This document shows, piece after piece, positions 9,389-20,030 of a DNA stretch of 64,000 bases. Both the position numbers and the translations under genes were made by a program. Under the pieces are notes generated by a model. It made no database searches and had not been told where the DNA came from. It worked only from the letters and a program-made list of their open reading frames with translations. Within the stretch, counting starts at the first letter, position 1; each line of letters begins with the position of its first letter. This DNA is from an uncultured Deferribacteraceae bacterium (GTDB lineage: Bacteria > Chrysiogenota > Deferribacteres > Deferribacterales > Mucispirillaceae), in the NCBI GenBank assembly GCA_947041165.1, contig CAMRCY010000003.1, forward strand, positions 24,257-88,256. Reading direction: 5' to 3'.

Positions 9389-11470
9389 TTAACCGATACC
9401 TATATAACTATCCTCACCATTTAAAATAACTCTAAGTCTTTCTTCGATCACACTATCATCAACACCTGCTTCAATATACTTCTTAGCATCTATATTTGCA
9501 TCTCGCAACATCATCACATCTTCAACTATATTTGCATATTTAAGCTCAACACCACCTGATTGTTTTGTGCCAAATAGATCGCCTTGTCCTCTAAGTTTTA
9601 AATCTATCTCTGCTAACTTAAACCCATCATTATATTGCACCATCGCTTTAATCCTTTCTCTGCCCACAGGCGTGATATCTTTCGATGTTATAAGGTAACA
9701 GTAAGATTGTAGATCGGATCTACCCACTCGTCCCCTTAACTGGTGCAGTTGTGATAACCCAAACCTTTCTGCTTGCTCTATAACCATAGCTGTTGCATGA
9801 GGGATATCAACACCAACTTCAACAACTGTTGTTGAAACAAGAACATCTATAACTCCATTCCTAAAATCATCTAGCAACGAACGTTTCTCATCTGACTTTA
9901 ATCTACCATGCAGAAGTCCTACTTTTTTATCTTTATAATATTTAGAAATATATTCATAACTTTGTGTGGCTGCTTTTAGATCAATTTTATCACTCTCATC
10001 TATCAATGGATATACAAAAAATGCACCCTCTTTCTTATCTAGCAACAGCTTAACTTTATCTAAAACTTTATTCAGATCGCTCTCTCTATAATGCTCGGTA
10101 ATCGGTTGAATTCTACCAGGTGGCATCTCATCAATAATAGATATATCAAGATCACTATATAAAGTCATAGCTAAAGTTCTTGGAATTGGTGTTGCAGTCA
10201 TTAGCACAATATCTGGCACTGGACTACCCTTTTCAATTAACTTCTTACGTTGATCAACTCCAAATCTATGTTGCTCATCAACCACAACTAAACCTAACTT
10301 ATTAAATACGATATCGCTTTCAAGTAGTGCGTGCGTACCGATCAGAATATCAATCTCATTATTCAGAAGCCTATGCTTTATACCCTCTTTAACTTTTTTA
10401 GTTTTCGATCCTGTTATAAGCTCGACCTTAATCATATCATTGCCAAAAACTTTAACAAAATTGTTATAATGCTGTTCAGCTAAAACTTCAGTTGGTGCAA
10501 TAATTGTTGATTGATAACCGTTCATAACCGATATCGCTGCCGATATAAAAGCGACTATCGTTTTACCTGATCCAACATCACCTTGTATTAATCTATTCGT
10601 CTGTCTTATATTATGCATATCATTAAAAATTTCCACAAGCACCCTTCGTTGTGCAGATGTTAATTTAAAAGGCATGATCTCTTTAATTCTATTTAGAAAC
10701 TCTTTAGATATATCAAACGATATACCCTCTAGCTCTTTATAATTTTTTCTCTTTCTTGCTAATAATAAATTTAGATAGAACAACTCCTCATATATCAACC
10801 TTTGATATGAAGGATGCTTTCTACTCATTATAAGTTTACTGTTTTCAGAGGTTTTTGGAGTATGAATTGATTGTAGTGAGTTTTGAATTGATGGAAAATT
10901 ATATCTATCTAATAAATAGTTAGGTAATGTTTCTTTAACTTCATTCAATCCAACAGTTAACGCTTCTTTAACTGCTTTACGAATTGTAGATTGATATAAT
11001 CCTGCTGGTAAGTGATAGATCGGTCTAACAGTATTTATATCATAATCTGGTATAATTTCTGGATGAAAAATAGATAAAACACCATTATTTGATGATATGT
11101 TTCCGTATAAATTATACTTTTTGCCTTCTTTAAAAATAGGTAATGGATAGCTATATGTATAGCTTAGATATAACGCTGCGATAAAACCATCATCACTTCT
11201 AAAAAGAAGCCTTAGAACTTTTTTACCATTTTTAGCGTTGATATATGTATGGCTTTCATAGGTACCTGATATAATACCATTATCTGATTCAGAGTTATGA
11301 GATAACACTTCATATCTAAAGGGCAGAAAATATATCATATCATAGATATTGATTAAGTTATATTTACTTAAAGAGGTTGCAGCTTTTTCACCGATACCTT
11401 TAAGAGTTTCAATAGATCTTTTTAATATCTCTTTATTATTCGATGAGGGCTTCAATTTCAGAAATCTCAC
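9389..11470 (-). CDS. recG: ATP-dependent DNA helicase RecG
   Basis: 693 aa; Walker A GDVGSGKT, DExH VVDEQHRFGV, RecG wedge/helicase architecture. Confidence 0.9.
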   Translation of the reverse strand: MRFLKLKPSSNNKEILKRSIETLKGIGEKAATSLSKYNLINIYDMIYFLPFRYEVLSHNSESDNGIISGTYESHTYINAKNGKKVLRLLFRSDDGFIAALYLSYTYSYPLPIFKEGKKYNLYGNISSNNGVLSIFHPEIIPDYDINTVRPIYHLPAGLYQSTIRKAVKEALTVGLNEVKETLPNYLLDRYNFPSIQNSLQSIHTPKTSENSKLIMSRKHPSYQRLIYEELFYLNLLLARKRKNYKELEGISFDISKEFLNRIKEIMPFKLTSAQRRVLVEIFNDMHNIRQTNRLIQGDVGSGKTIVAFISAAISVMNGYQSTIIAPTEVLAEQHYNNFVKVFGNDMIKVELITGSKTKKVKEGIKHRLLNNEIDILIGTHALLESDIVFNKLGLVVVDEQHRFGVDQRKKLIEKGSPVPDIVLMTATPIPRTLAMTLYSDLDISIIDEMPPGRIQPITEHYRESDLNKVLDKVKLLLDKKEGAFFVYPLIDESDKIDLKAATQSYEYISKYYKDKKVGLLHGRLKSDEKRSLLDDFRNGVIDVLVSTTVVEVGVDIPHATAMVIEQAERFGLSQLHQLRGRVGRSDLQSYCYLITSKDITPVGRERIKAMVQYNDGFKLAEIDLKLRGQGDLFGTKQSGGVELKYANIVEDVMMLRDANIDAKKYIEAGVDDSVIEERLRVILNGEDSYIGIG

Positions 11471-11945
11471 TTTGCGTAAACAGATTAGTTACATTGATAA
11501 TAACTACCATAGCCGTACCTATACGAGCGATACCTTCCATATGATTTTCGGACTGGTTTTTAACACAAGGAGTTGCATCAATATCACTACCGTTAATACT
11601 TAACACCTCAGAAACAGAATCAACAACAAACCCTATTCTGCGATCACCTATAGATGCAATAATAACTCTCGTATCATCATCATCAACAAGTAGAGGCATA
11701 TTGAGTTTTTTACGGAGTGATACAATCGGAATAACTTTTTCACGAAGATTAACAATCCCTAAAACATAATCAGGAGATCTTGGTATAGGAGTGATATTTA
11801 TCGTTCTGATAATCTCTTCAATCACCATAATATCAACGGCGAAATCTTCACCTGCTAACTTAAATCCAACATATTTCTTTAAATCTGACATATATACTCC
11901 AAAATATTTAATAGCCTTAATAAAAGACACCATAAATTCAGACAC
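11436..11945 (-). CDS. cheW: chemotaxis coupling protein CheW
   Basis: 169 aa; FKLAGEDFAVDIMVIEEIIR...IVNLREKVIPIVSLRKKL typical CheW-domain pattern. Confidence 0.8.
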   Translation of the reverse strand: MSEFMVSFIKAIKYFGVYMSDLKKYVGFKLAGEDFAVDIMVIEEIIRTINITPIPRSPDYVLGIVNLREKVIPIVSLRKKLNMPLLVDDDDTRVIIASIGDRRIGFVVDSVSEVLSINGSDIDATPCVKNQSENHMEGIARIGTAMVVIINVTNLFTQSEISEIEALIE

Positions 11946-12061
11946 AATGATAACTTATCTACTACTAAAAATATAGTATAAAAATATATAATTGACAATA
12001 GAAATGATATTATTATAGAATTACAACATCATAAACATCAATTTAAAGGAGTTTAATTATA

Positions 12062-12586
12062 ATGACTATAATAGAAAGATTAAATAGAGGCGTTAAAAAA
12101 GGTAAAGATGTATATATAGCACCGTCTGCTAGCGTGTTCGGATATTGTGATCTTGGTGATGACTCATCAATTTGGCATAGCGCTGTACTGCGTGGAGATG
12201 TTGAACAAATTTCAGTTGGTGATAGATCTAATGTTCAAGATGGATCTGTTCTTCATGTTACAACTGATAAGTGGAAATGTATTGTTGGCAACGACACATC
12301 AATCGGACATGCTGTAGTTCTGCACGGTTGTACTATTGGAAACAATGTGCTTGTTGGGATCGGATCAATTATACTTGACGGTGCAATAGTTGGTGATAAC
12401 TGTATAATCGCTGCTGGATCTCTTATCCCTCCTGGGAAAGTTATACCACCTAGAAGTATGGTAATGGGATCGCCAGGGAAAATTGTTAGAGAATTAAACG
12501 ATGAGGATGTAGCAAACATTAGATCGTTCTCTGAAAGATATGTTGAGTATAAGAAAATCTATCTAAACTATCCTGAAAAATTGTAA
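12062..12586 (+). CDS. gamma-class carbonic anhydrase family / hexapeptide-repeat protein (YrdA/PaaY-like)
   Basis: 174 aa; left-handed beta-helix hexapeptide repeats with His ligands (VLHV, IGHAVVLHGCTIG). Confidence 0.8.
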   Translation: MTIIERLNRGVKKGKDVYIAPSASVFGYCDLGDDSSIWHSAVLRGDVEQISVGDRSNVQDGSVLHVTTDKWKCIVGNDTSIGHAVVLHGCTIGNNVLVGIGSIILDGAIVGDNCIIAAGSLIPPGKVIPPRSMVMGSPGKIVRELNDEDVANIRSFSERYVEYKKIYLNYPEKL

Positions 12587-12895
12587 TAGATAAATAGTTT
12601 GAAAATTTTAAATATAATTATACCTGCCTCACGGTGGGTATTTTTTTATATCATAAATTGTAAATTATACATATCATTTTGGTGGGTATTTTTTGATTTT
12701 AAATTTTAAAACAATAAGTTTTGAGTTAAATAATCTATATATTTAAAGATAATTTTATCTAGATATATAGATAAATATTTCATTGAAATAACACTTGCAT
12801 AATAATTATTTGCAATATATACATAATGTTAATCAACAAAATACTGTTGATAATAATATTATAGATGATACTTTAATGTATCATAAAGAGGTTTT

Positions 12896-13108
12896 ATGCA
12901 AAGAGTTCCAGTTGTGTCAAGCAATCTAGTAAGTGTAGGTTATGATGTTAATACGAGTACTTTAGAAGTTGAGTTTTTAGATAGTGTGTATGAGTATTAT
13001 GATGTTCCTCAAAATCTCCATGAAGGTTTAATGAATGCAGATTCTCATGGTGAATACCTTGACCAATATATAAAAAAGGGTGGATTTAAGTACAAAAAGA
13101 TTTCTTAA
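12896..13108 (+). CDS. KTSC domain protein
   Basis: 70 aa; VSSNLVSVGYDVNTSTLEVEFLDSVYEYYDVPQNLHEGLMNADSHGEY matches KTSC consensus (SSNI.AVGYD...TLEVEF..G.VY.Y.DVP). Confidence 0.7.
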   Translation: MQRVPVVSSNLVSVGYDVNTSTLEVEFLDSVYEYYDVPQNLHEGLMNADSHGEYLDQYIKKGGFKYKKIS

Positions 13109-13130
13109 CTTATTAAGAATAAAAATCTTT

Positions 13131-13172
13131 CTAACATCAAGAAGTTAATACTACTTGGTGTTAGTTTTTCTT
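13131..13172 (+). terminator. rho-independent terminator candidate (possibly bidirectional) between convergent KTSC gene and mutS2
   Basis: 11-bp stem ctaacatcaag/cttggtgttag (10/11 paired), 12-nt loop, then TTTTT. Confidence 0.5.
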
Positions 13173-13277
13173 ATAAGGATTAATTTCTAAGATTTTAATT
13201 AGACATTAAGTTAAAGCTCATATATAGGCGTGTACGAAGAAATTAAGCCTTAAAAAAAAATTATTATATAAAACCCT

Positions 13278-15566
13278 CTACAACTCTACAATCGTTATCG
13301 CTTGTCCACCCTCTTGGTTCTCTGCTAGTCGATAAGATTTAATCGTAGACGATTTGCGTAGGTACTCATGGACTGCTTTACGGAGCTGTCCTGTGCCTCG
13401 ACCATGCACAACATTTACCGTATCCACATTGTTATCAATTGATTTATCAAGATACGCTTCAAGAAGATCTAACGCCTCTTCAACTCGTTTGCCTACTAAA
13501 ACTATCTCACCCTTAACATGATTAGTAACTGCGTTATCTTTTATCTTTATAGGTTTTTTTGTAGGTTGTTTCTTATCAATCTTTTTACCGATCAAATCAT
13601 CCATTTTAAGATTTATCTTAAACCCGTTTATATCAACTTGAACCATATCTTTACGAATTGATAAAACCGTTGCTTTCGCATTATATGTATCTAAATAAAT
13701 TAGATCACCTACTTCAATATCCTTAACTTTATCAAACGATTCTTTAACTTTAGAAAGTCTACTCTCAACATATTTAATATCGTTTTCAACGCTCTCTTGA
13801 TCGACTTTCTCTTTTTTATCTTTTATCATTCGTCTGCTTTGTTGAAGAAGTTGATATGTTTCAGATAATAATTCAAACTCTTTTTTACCTAACTTTTTAT
13901 TTATTATCTCATCTGTTTCTGTAAGCTTTTTCTCTCTCTCATTAAGTTCACGATCCCACTCATCTAATGTGATTTTCAAATGTGTGTTCTCTGCTTTCAT
14001 TCTATTAATCTCATCAACCGAAACTTCAAGCGATGATTTATATTGTTGAACCTCTTCTAAGGCTAAGTCTATAACCTCTTCATTAAAGCCTAATCTCTTA
14101 GCGATTAATATAGGATCAGATCTGCCGATGATATCTTTTAATAATCTATACCTTGGCTCAAAAGTTTCATAATCAAAATCAACCGAGTAGAACATCGAGA
14201 TTGTATTATTTAATGCAAAATTTTTGATCTCTGTAAAGTGAGTTGTAACGATAATATCTGAATTTCTGCTCAGTAGATATTTTAGTATAGCAATCGCTAA
14301 GGCTGCGCCCTCTCTTGCATCTGTACCTGTTCCTAACTCATCAAAAAGCAGTAAAGATCTATCACCACTTTTCTCCATTATAGATTTTATGTTAAGCATG
14401 TGAGATGAAAAAGTTGAAAGGTCCATAACGATAGATTGCTTATCTCCGATATCTGCTAAAATATTACTGTAAATAACATATTTTGCTTTTTCTGCAAAAA
14501 TAGGTAACCCACAATAAGTTAAAATTAAATTAAGTCCAACAGATTTTAATGCAGCTGTTTTACCACCAGTATTAGGACCTGTTATAACTGCTAACCGTTT
14601 ATCTTGATCAAATGTAAAATCTATACCTACTGATGTGTTATCAGGTTTTAATAAAATTAATGGGTGATGAAGATTTTGAAAATATAACCCATCTGAATGT
14701 TCTGCAAATGCGATTATTTTATCTCTATAAAATCTTCCTATATCTAAATATAAAGCTAACTTAGAATATTTTTCTATTAAAACATTTATATCATTTATCG
14801 ACGCTTTAAATAAAGAAATTATATTATAAATAATCTTTGCAATCTCTTCAGATTCTTTTATTGCAAGCTCTTGAAGTGCATTATTAAACGGAATAGCTGT
14901 AGATGGTTCTATATATAATGTCTGTCCAGATGTAGATTTATCTTGAATTATACCGACTATATATTGATGATAATTTGATTTACAACTTAATGTATATCGA
15001 CCATTATGAACAGTTATTGTATCTTCATTTATAAACTTTGATGCATTACTTGAATTGATAATTTGTTTAAGTTTTTTCTGTAACGAATCACGATAAATTT
15101 TAATATCGCATCTAATTGTATAAAGCTCGGCAGTTGCATTATCTTTGATCTGCCCCATATCATCTATAGCTGTTCTGATAGTTGAAGAGATGTCATCTAA
15201 AGTGTTGATAGATGATACTAAATCTTTTAAATGTACAATTCTTTTTATAGCTAATAATTTAGATTTTAGAGTTGCAATATCAGTTAAGAAATTTGCAAAA
15301 ACTATTAAATCTTTAGGATCGTATGAGATCTCTTTGTTAATTAATCTATCTATCGCATAATAGCTATCTTCATCTTTATTAAGCACTATCTCATCTGAAA
15401 CAAGGCTGATGATTTCATTATACTTATTCTGTTCTAAAAGTATGTCATCTACATTTCCATAAGGAGAAAGTTTATCTATATCTAACTTAGCGTAATATGA
15501 TATAAAAGACTCTTTAAGAATATCTAAAAAATTGTAAAACTCTAAAGTTTGATAATCGTAACTCAT
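13278..15566 (-). CDS. mutS2: endonuclease MutS2 (MutS domain plus C-terminal Smr domain)
   Basis: 762 aa; Walker A GPNTGGKT, C-terminal Smr domain VHGRGTGQLRKAVHEYL. Confidence 0.9.
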   Translation of the reverse strand: MSYDYQTLEFYNFLDILKESFISYYAKLDIDKLSPYGNVDDILLEQNKYNEIISLVSDEIVLNKDEDSYYAIDRLINKEISYDPKDLIVFANFLTDIATLKSKLLAIKRIVHLKDLVSSINTLDDISSTIRTAIDDMGQIKDNATAELYTIRCDIKIYRDSLQKKLKQIINSSNASKFINEDTITVHNGRYTLSCKSNYHQYIVGIIQDKSTSGQTLYIEPSTAIPFNNALQELAIKESEEIAKIIYNIISLFKASINDINVLIEKYSKLALYLDIGRFYRDKIIAFAEHSDGLYFQNLHHPLILLKPDNTSVGIDFTFDQDKRLAVITGPNTGGKTAALKSVGLNLILTYCGLPIFAEKAKYVIYSNILADIGDKQSIVMDLSTFSSHMLNIKSIMEKSGDRSLLLFDELGTGTDAREGAALAIAILKYLLSRNSDIIVTTHFTEIKNFALNNTISMFYSVDFDYETFEPRYRLLKDIIGRSDPILIAKRLGFNEEVIDLALEEVQQYKSSLEVSVDEINRMKAENTHLKITLDEWDRELNEREKKLTETDEIINKKLGKKEFELLSETYQLLQQSRRMIKDKKEKVDQESVENDIKYVESRLSKVKESFDKVKDIEVGDLIYLDTYNAKATVLSIRKDMVQVDINGFKINLKMDDLIGKKIDKKQPTKKPIKIKDNAVTNHVKGEIVLVGKRVEEALDLLEAYLDKSIDNNVDTVNVVHGRGTGQLRKAVHEYLRKSSTIKSYRLAENQEGGQAITIVEL

Positions 15567-15751
15567 AATAATTTATTACATAATAGATGTGATTAATCAA
15601 GTAAAAAAAATCAACTATCAATCATATTAAATTTTTATAGAAATTATCCAACTTTAATAGTAGATCAGATATCGTATTTGATGATATAACTATTGACTTT
15701 TATGCAATATAATATAAATTATGAGAGTTATTATAAAATATATATTAAGTT

Positions 15752-16501
15752 TTGGAGAATATTATTATGTCTAGTCCTGTGTTTAGTGAAAAAACTTTTT
15801 CAGCAACTTATCAAAGAGAAAATGCTGGTGTTATGACTGTCAACGGTACAATTTCAAGAGCGTTAATTTTAACATCAATATTAGTCGGATTTGCACTATA
15901 CGGAGCGCACCTTTTCGCAAATGCAACAGATATGGGATTAATGATGAACATCGTTAAAGGTACTGCTATCGCTGCACTTGTTATTGCAATCGTAATGATG
16001 TTTAAAAAAGAGTATGCAATGCCATTATCAATTGTATACGCAATACTTGAAGGTGTATGCTTAGGTATCATATCTATGATATTTGAATCTACGTACAACG
16101 GAATTGTTTTCCAAGCACTAGGTTTAACTATTATGGTTTTATTCTTAATGTTGTTTCTATACAGATTTAAAATTATAAGAGTAACTGAGAAATTTAGAAG
16201 CGTTATAATAGTTGCAACATCAGCTATATTTGGAATGTATCTACTATCATTTGTGCTTGGTTTTTTCGGTATCAACTTACCTTTTTTAACTGGAGCAACT
16301 CCACTTGCAATCGGTATTAATGTTGTTGTGGTTATAATCGCATCACTAAATTTACTGCTTGATTTTGATTTTATCGAGAAAGGTGCACAGAATAATTTAC
16401 CTAAATATTTTGAATGGTATTCTGCATTTGGATTATTAGTTACACTGATCTGGTTATACCTTGAGTTATTAAAATTGTTATCAAAATTGAATAAAAGATA
16501 G
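15752..16501 (+). CDS. Bax inhibitor-1/YccA family membrane protein
   Basis: 249 aa, about 7 TM helices; C-terminal LLLDFDFI...YFEWYSAFGLLVTLIWLYLELLKLL typical of BI-1 family. Confidence 0.7.
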   Translation: MENIIMSSPVFSEKTFSATYQRENAGVMTVNGTISRALILTSILVGFALYGAHLFANATDMGLMMNIVKGTAIAALVIAIVMMFKKEYAMPLSIVYAILEGVCLGIISMIFESTYNGIVFQALGLTIMVLFLMLFLYRFKIIRVTEKFRSVIIVATSAIFGMYLLSFVLGFFGINLPFLTGATPLAIGINVVVVIIASLNLLLDFDFIEKGAQNNLPKYFEWYSAFGLLVTLIWLYLELLKLLSKLNKR

Positions 16502-16504
16502 TTA

Positions 16505-16675
16505 TAAGTATAACTAATTGTAAGTAGTATTTAGTTCTAGATATTGCTAAATTGTAATTAGTGCTTAATTGTAAGTATTATTAAATTGTAAGTAGTGTTT
16601 AGTTGTAAGTATGGCTTAATTGTAAGTAGTGTTTAGTTGTAAGTATGTTAAATTGTAAATAGTGTTTAGAGGAAT
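16505..16675. repeat. ~33-bp tandem repeat x ~4.5 (ttaaattgtaagtagtgtttagttgtaagtatg)
   Basis: Repeated 'ttgtaagtagtgtttag' units read directly; intergenic upstream of TPR lipoprotein gene. Confidence 0.85.
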
Positions 16676-17570
16676 TTATATGTTAAAATTAGCTTCACGA
16701 TACATAATCGTAGTTTTAGTAGTTTCATCAATACTCGCATCAACGTATGGTTGTTTCAGTGCAGAGAGTTATTATAATAAAGGATTAGTTGCCTATCAAA
16801 ACGGCGATCTTGATAAAGCTATTAAAAGTTTCTCTAAAGCGATAGATAAAGATCCGACATATGTTTTAGCTTATCTAGAACGAGGAACTGCATTCGCTGA
16901 TAAAGGTGAGATAGAGAAAGCCTTTCTAGATATTGATAAAGCGATTGAAATATCTAAAACCTACCCTGATGCTTATTACGATAAAGCTGTTTTATATCAT
17001 CGTGAAGGCGATCTTGCTAAAGCGAAAGAAGTGTATGAACAAGCTATTAAAATCGATCCAGAATTTGCGATCGCTTACTATGGAATTGGTAATGTATACG
17101 AAGAAGAAGGCGATACAAAAACAGCGTTAGATTACTATAATAAATCAATCGCTAAAGATCCATCAATTGCAAACACTTATAATCATAGAGGTTTGATATT
17201 TTTTGAACAACTAAAATATACTCAAGCAATCGAAGATTTTACAAAAGCTGTAGAGCTTGAACCACATTACTTAGTTGCATATTACAATAGAGGCTTAGCA
17301 TATTTAGAGCTTAAAGATTACGATATGGCGAATACTGACTTCACAACTATAATCGGTTTTGATCCTCAATATGTGCGTGCTTATTATAGCAGAGCAACAG
17401 TTTATGAATTACAAGGCGAACTTGATAAAGCAACGAACGACTATATGAGCTGTTTAGATTTCGTACAAGGCGATCAACATATAATAGATAAGTTGATATC
17501 TATGGCAGATAACGGAAGTATAATCGCTGAAAAATATCTGATAGATACAGGGCTTGTTAAAAAGAATTAA
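16662..17570 (+). CDS. TPR-repeat lipoprotein
   Basis: 302 aa; signal peptide with lipobox (LASTYGC), then 6-7 TPR repeats (AY..G.A); real start may be the MLKLASRY Met at 16680. Confidence 0.7.
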   Translation: MFRGIYMLKLASRYIIVVLVVSSILASTYGCFSAESYYNKGLVAYQNGDLDKAIKSFSKAIDKDPTYVLAYLERGTAFADKGEIEKAFLDIDKAIEISKTYPDAYYDKAVLYHREGDLAKAKEVYEQAIKIDPEFAIAYYGIGNVYEEEGDTKTALDYYNKSIAKDPSIANTYNHRGLIFFEQLKYTQAIEDFTKAVELEPHYLVAYYNRGLAYLELKDYDMANTDFTTIIGFDPQYVRAYYSRATVYELQGELDKATNDYMSCLDFVQGDQHIIDKLISMADNGSIIAEKYLIDTGLVKKN

Positions 17571-17641
17571 TAAGATAATGATATAATTATTTTGAAATAA
17601 TTTGAAGTATTAAATGTTAAAGCATTTTAATATATTTAGAG

Positions 17642-17675
17642 AGTAGACTGTTAATAGTAGTCTACTTTTTTTTTA
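17642..17675 (+). terminator. rho-independent terminator after TPR lipoprotein gene
   Basis: 7-bp stem agtagac/gtctact, 11-nt loop, followed by T9 run. Confidence 0.7.
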
Positions 17676-17814
17676 CAATTATTGTATATCTATTATTTAA
17701 TAGAGTAAACACAGATACATATATTAATGTTTGCTATCAGCTAGATAGACAATATTATTTAATCCATATTAAATAGGTTTTACGTTTACAAACAATAGGC
17801 TAGAATTATAAAAT

Positions 17815-18342
17815 CTATAACCCTATATCGGAACTATCAAATGGTAAAAATCTATCTATCCCAGACATTTCATTTAATTTCTTATATATCAAACTAGGAA
17901 TTGGTAGAATATAAGGTACTAATTTAGACTCTGCAATACTGTTATTTATTGCTGATTCTTTAGGGATAAACAACATCATTACCCATAAAAAAATTGATGC
18001 AATAACAGCTCCTTTTATACCGCCAAAAATTAATCCACCTAACCTATTTAACCCACCTAAATGTATCATCGTAATAAATCGATGAAGTATTTTACCCATT
18101 AAAAATACTATAATATAAATAAGCAGAAACCCTAGCACATAGGTAATCACTGAAGATATTTTATCATCAGTCACACCCATACTAACAACAACGCTATGTA
18201 TCGGAGTGTATACCATATACGAAAATATTAACGCTAAAGCGATACCTAACATACCGACAACACCTATTATTAATCCAGCGAATAACCCTCTAATTGCAAA
18301 GAAGGCTATAATTGCTAAGATTACGATATCAGTTATGTCCAC
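17815..18342 (-). CDS. cvpA: CvpA family membrane protein (colicin V production protein-like)
   Basis: 4 TM helices, DIVILAIIAFFAIRGLFAGLI start typical of CvpA; start placed at GTG 18342 with AAGGAG 7 nt upstream (ORF-track ATG 18360 lacks RBS). Confidence 0.65.
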   Translation of the reverse strand: MDITDIVILAIIAFFAIRGLFAGLIIGVVGMLGIALALIFSYMVYTPIHSVVVSMGVTDDKISSVITYVLGFLLIYIIVFLMGKILHRFITMIHLGGLNRLGGLIFGGIKGAVIASIFLWVMMLFIPKESAINNSIAESKLVPYILPIPSLIYKKLNEMSGIDRFLPFDSSDIGL

Positions 18343-18781
18343 CAGTGATCTCCTTAACAACCTCTGATACTAATTTGCCATCTGCTTTCCCAGCAACCTT
18401 ACTTACAACATTTTTCATAACTATACCAAAATTTGATTTCTCACTATCTGATAGACCGTTAAAGACCTCTTTAACAATCGCCACTACTTCATCTTTTGAT
18501 AGTTGTGCTGGTAGATATTTGATAATTGAATCGATCTCTTTCTGCTCTTTCTCTACAAGATCGTTTCTGCCTGCTTTTCCAAATTGCTCTATAGAGTCTT
18601 TACGTTTCTTTATTGATGATGCGATAATCTTTAAAACTTGTTCATCATCCAACTCTTTCATAATAGCTATTTCTTGATTTTTTATATCTGCTTTTAACAT
18701 TCTAATAGCGTCAAGAGTAACACTATCTTTCTCTCTCATCGCTGTTTTCATATCATCGTTCATTAAATTCTTTAAACTCAT
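18329..18781 (-). CDS. yqeY: GatB/YqeY domain protein
   Basis: 150 aa; MSLKNLMNDDMKTAMREKD...LDAIRMLKADI characteristic of YqeY family. Confidence 0.8.
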   Translation of the reverse strand: MSLKNLMNDDMKTAMREKDSVTLDAIRMLKADIKNQEIAIMKELDDEQVLKIIASSIKKRKDSIEQFGKAGRNDLVEKEQKEIDSIIKYLPAQLSKDEVVAIVKEVFNGLSDSEKSNFGIVMKNVVSKVAGKADGKLVSEVVKEITGGHN

Positions 18782-18952
18782 TATAAAATCTCCCTGCTTT
18801 CTACTTTATCTTACTCTATTATAATCGACATAAATAGAGAAAAGCTTACTTATAAAAAATAAACCAACTCTATCTATATAAAAAAAATGCCAATACTAAA
18901 AAGTATTGACACTTTATATTATAAATTTATTATCAATAACTACTTTTAAACT

Positions 18953-19954
18953 TTATTTACCGAACTGATTTTCAAGTTCATACATACGTCTGATATTAGA
19001 TTCTGCACGTCTTATAGTATTGTTCAAAAGATCATCAGGCTCAACAGATATACTATCAGTATACTTTAATTGATCTAATGCTTTTTGAAACTCGCCTTCT
19101 ATCTCATAACATATTCCAACATTATAATTTAATGTTAAAGAAGATCTATTTCTAACTAACAATTCTCTAAAAAACTCACAAGCTCTATCTTCTCTACCAC
19201 TTTCTGCAAATTTAAGTGCATTTTTAAATATCGCTTTATCGCTTTTTGACATACCATCCGTATTATCTTTTAACTCTATAGATATCTCAGTTATCATCGG
19301 TGATAGATCTTTTTCAATACTTTTAAATATTTTTTTCTTAGCTCTATTTGCAAGAGCTGCTTTATCTTCAATATATCCAGTGCAACTATAATCATCCATG
19401 TTTTCAACAAACGCTTTAGAGTATATTAATCTACCTGTTGTAACTGATGTTAGTTTTGGTGTAAAAGAAACTACAGCTGATGTAGTCAAACATTTAACCT
19501 GATATGTTTCATAATATTGACAGTTACTATTGCTATCATACAATTTACATCTTGATCTTCTATCGTACGAGATGATTTCATCAGTTTTTTCTTGAACATT
19601 TCCAGTCCATATAGCATCAACACCAACCATTTTACCGATTTTAACAGCTGTTTCTTCATCAACTATACCACTTAATTGGAACGCTTGTTCATTTAAGATA
19701 GTTTCAATATTTGCACGATCAATTATCTCGTATATTGGAGCACCTTTAAATTTTAAGTTCTGTAAAAGAGCCTCAAATTGAGAACGATAACTATCTCCAT
19801 GTCGTCCTGTAAAATCCATAACTGCAACTTTATTATATTTGATAACTTCAGATTCCTTAGCAGGAATAATATACTCTGTCGTAACATATGTCGTACAACC
19901 AATCGCTGTTGACAATACAAACGATAACAATACAAGCCTTAATAATATAAACAT
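18953..19954 (-). CDS. lipoprotein with CsgG/LpoB-like N-terminal domain and TPR-like C-terminus
   Basis: 333 aa; lipobox LSTAIGC; KVAVMDFTG...ILNEQAFQLSGIVDEETAVKIGKMVGVDAIWTGNV resembles CsgG/LpoB fold signature. Confidence 0.4.
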   Translation of the reverse strand: MFILLRLVLLSFVLSTAIGCTTYVTTEYIIPAKESEVIKYNKVAVMDFTGRHGDSYRSQFEALLQNLKFKGAPIYEIIDRANIETILNEQAFQLSGIVDEETAVKIGKMVGVDAIWTGNVQEKTDEIISYDRRSRCKLYDSNSNCQYYETYQVKCLTTSAVVSFTPKLTSVTTGRLIYSKAFVENMDDYSCTGYIEDKAALANRAKKKIFKSIEKDLSPMITEISIELKDNTDGMSKSDKAIFKNALKFAESGREDRACEFFRELLVRNRSSLTLNYNVGICYEIEGEFQKALDQLKYTDSISVEPDDLLNNTIRRAESNIRRMYELENQFGK

Positions 19955-20030
19955 TTCACACTCCCCTAAATCCCCATTTATTGTAAAACTTCCTAACTAT
20001 TATATAACTCAATCTAGTTAAATTTTTAAT

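Noticed and set aside
12600-12700. Duplicate 'ggtgggtattttttt' elements after the gamma-CA gene as a terminator
   Set aside because: Only a weak, imperfect stem (acctgcc/ggtgggt, 5/7) precedes the first T-run; kept out of features as too weak, though it may still act as a terminator.
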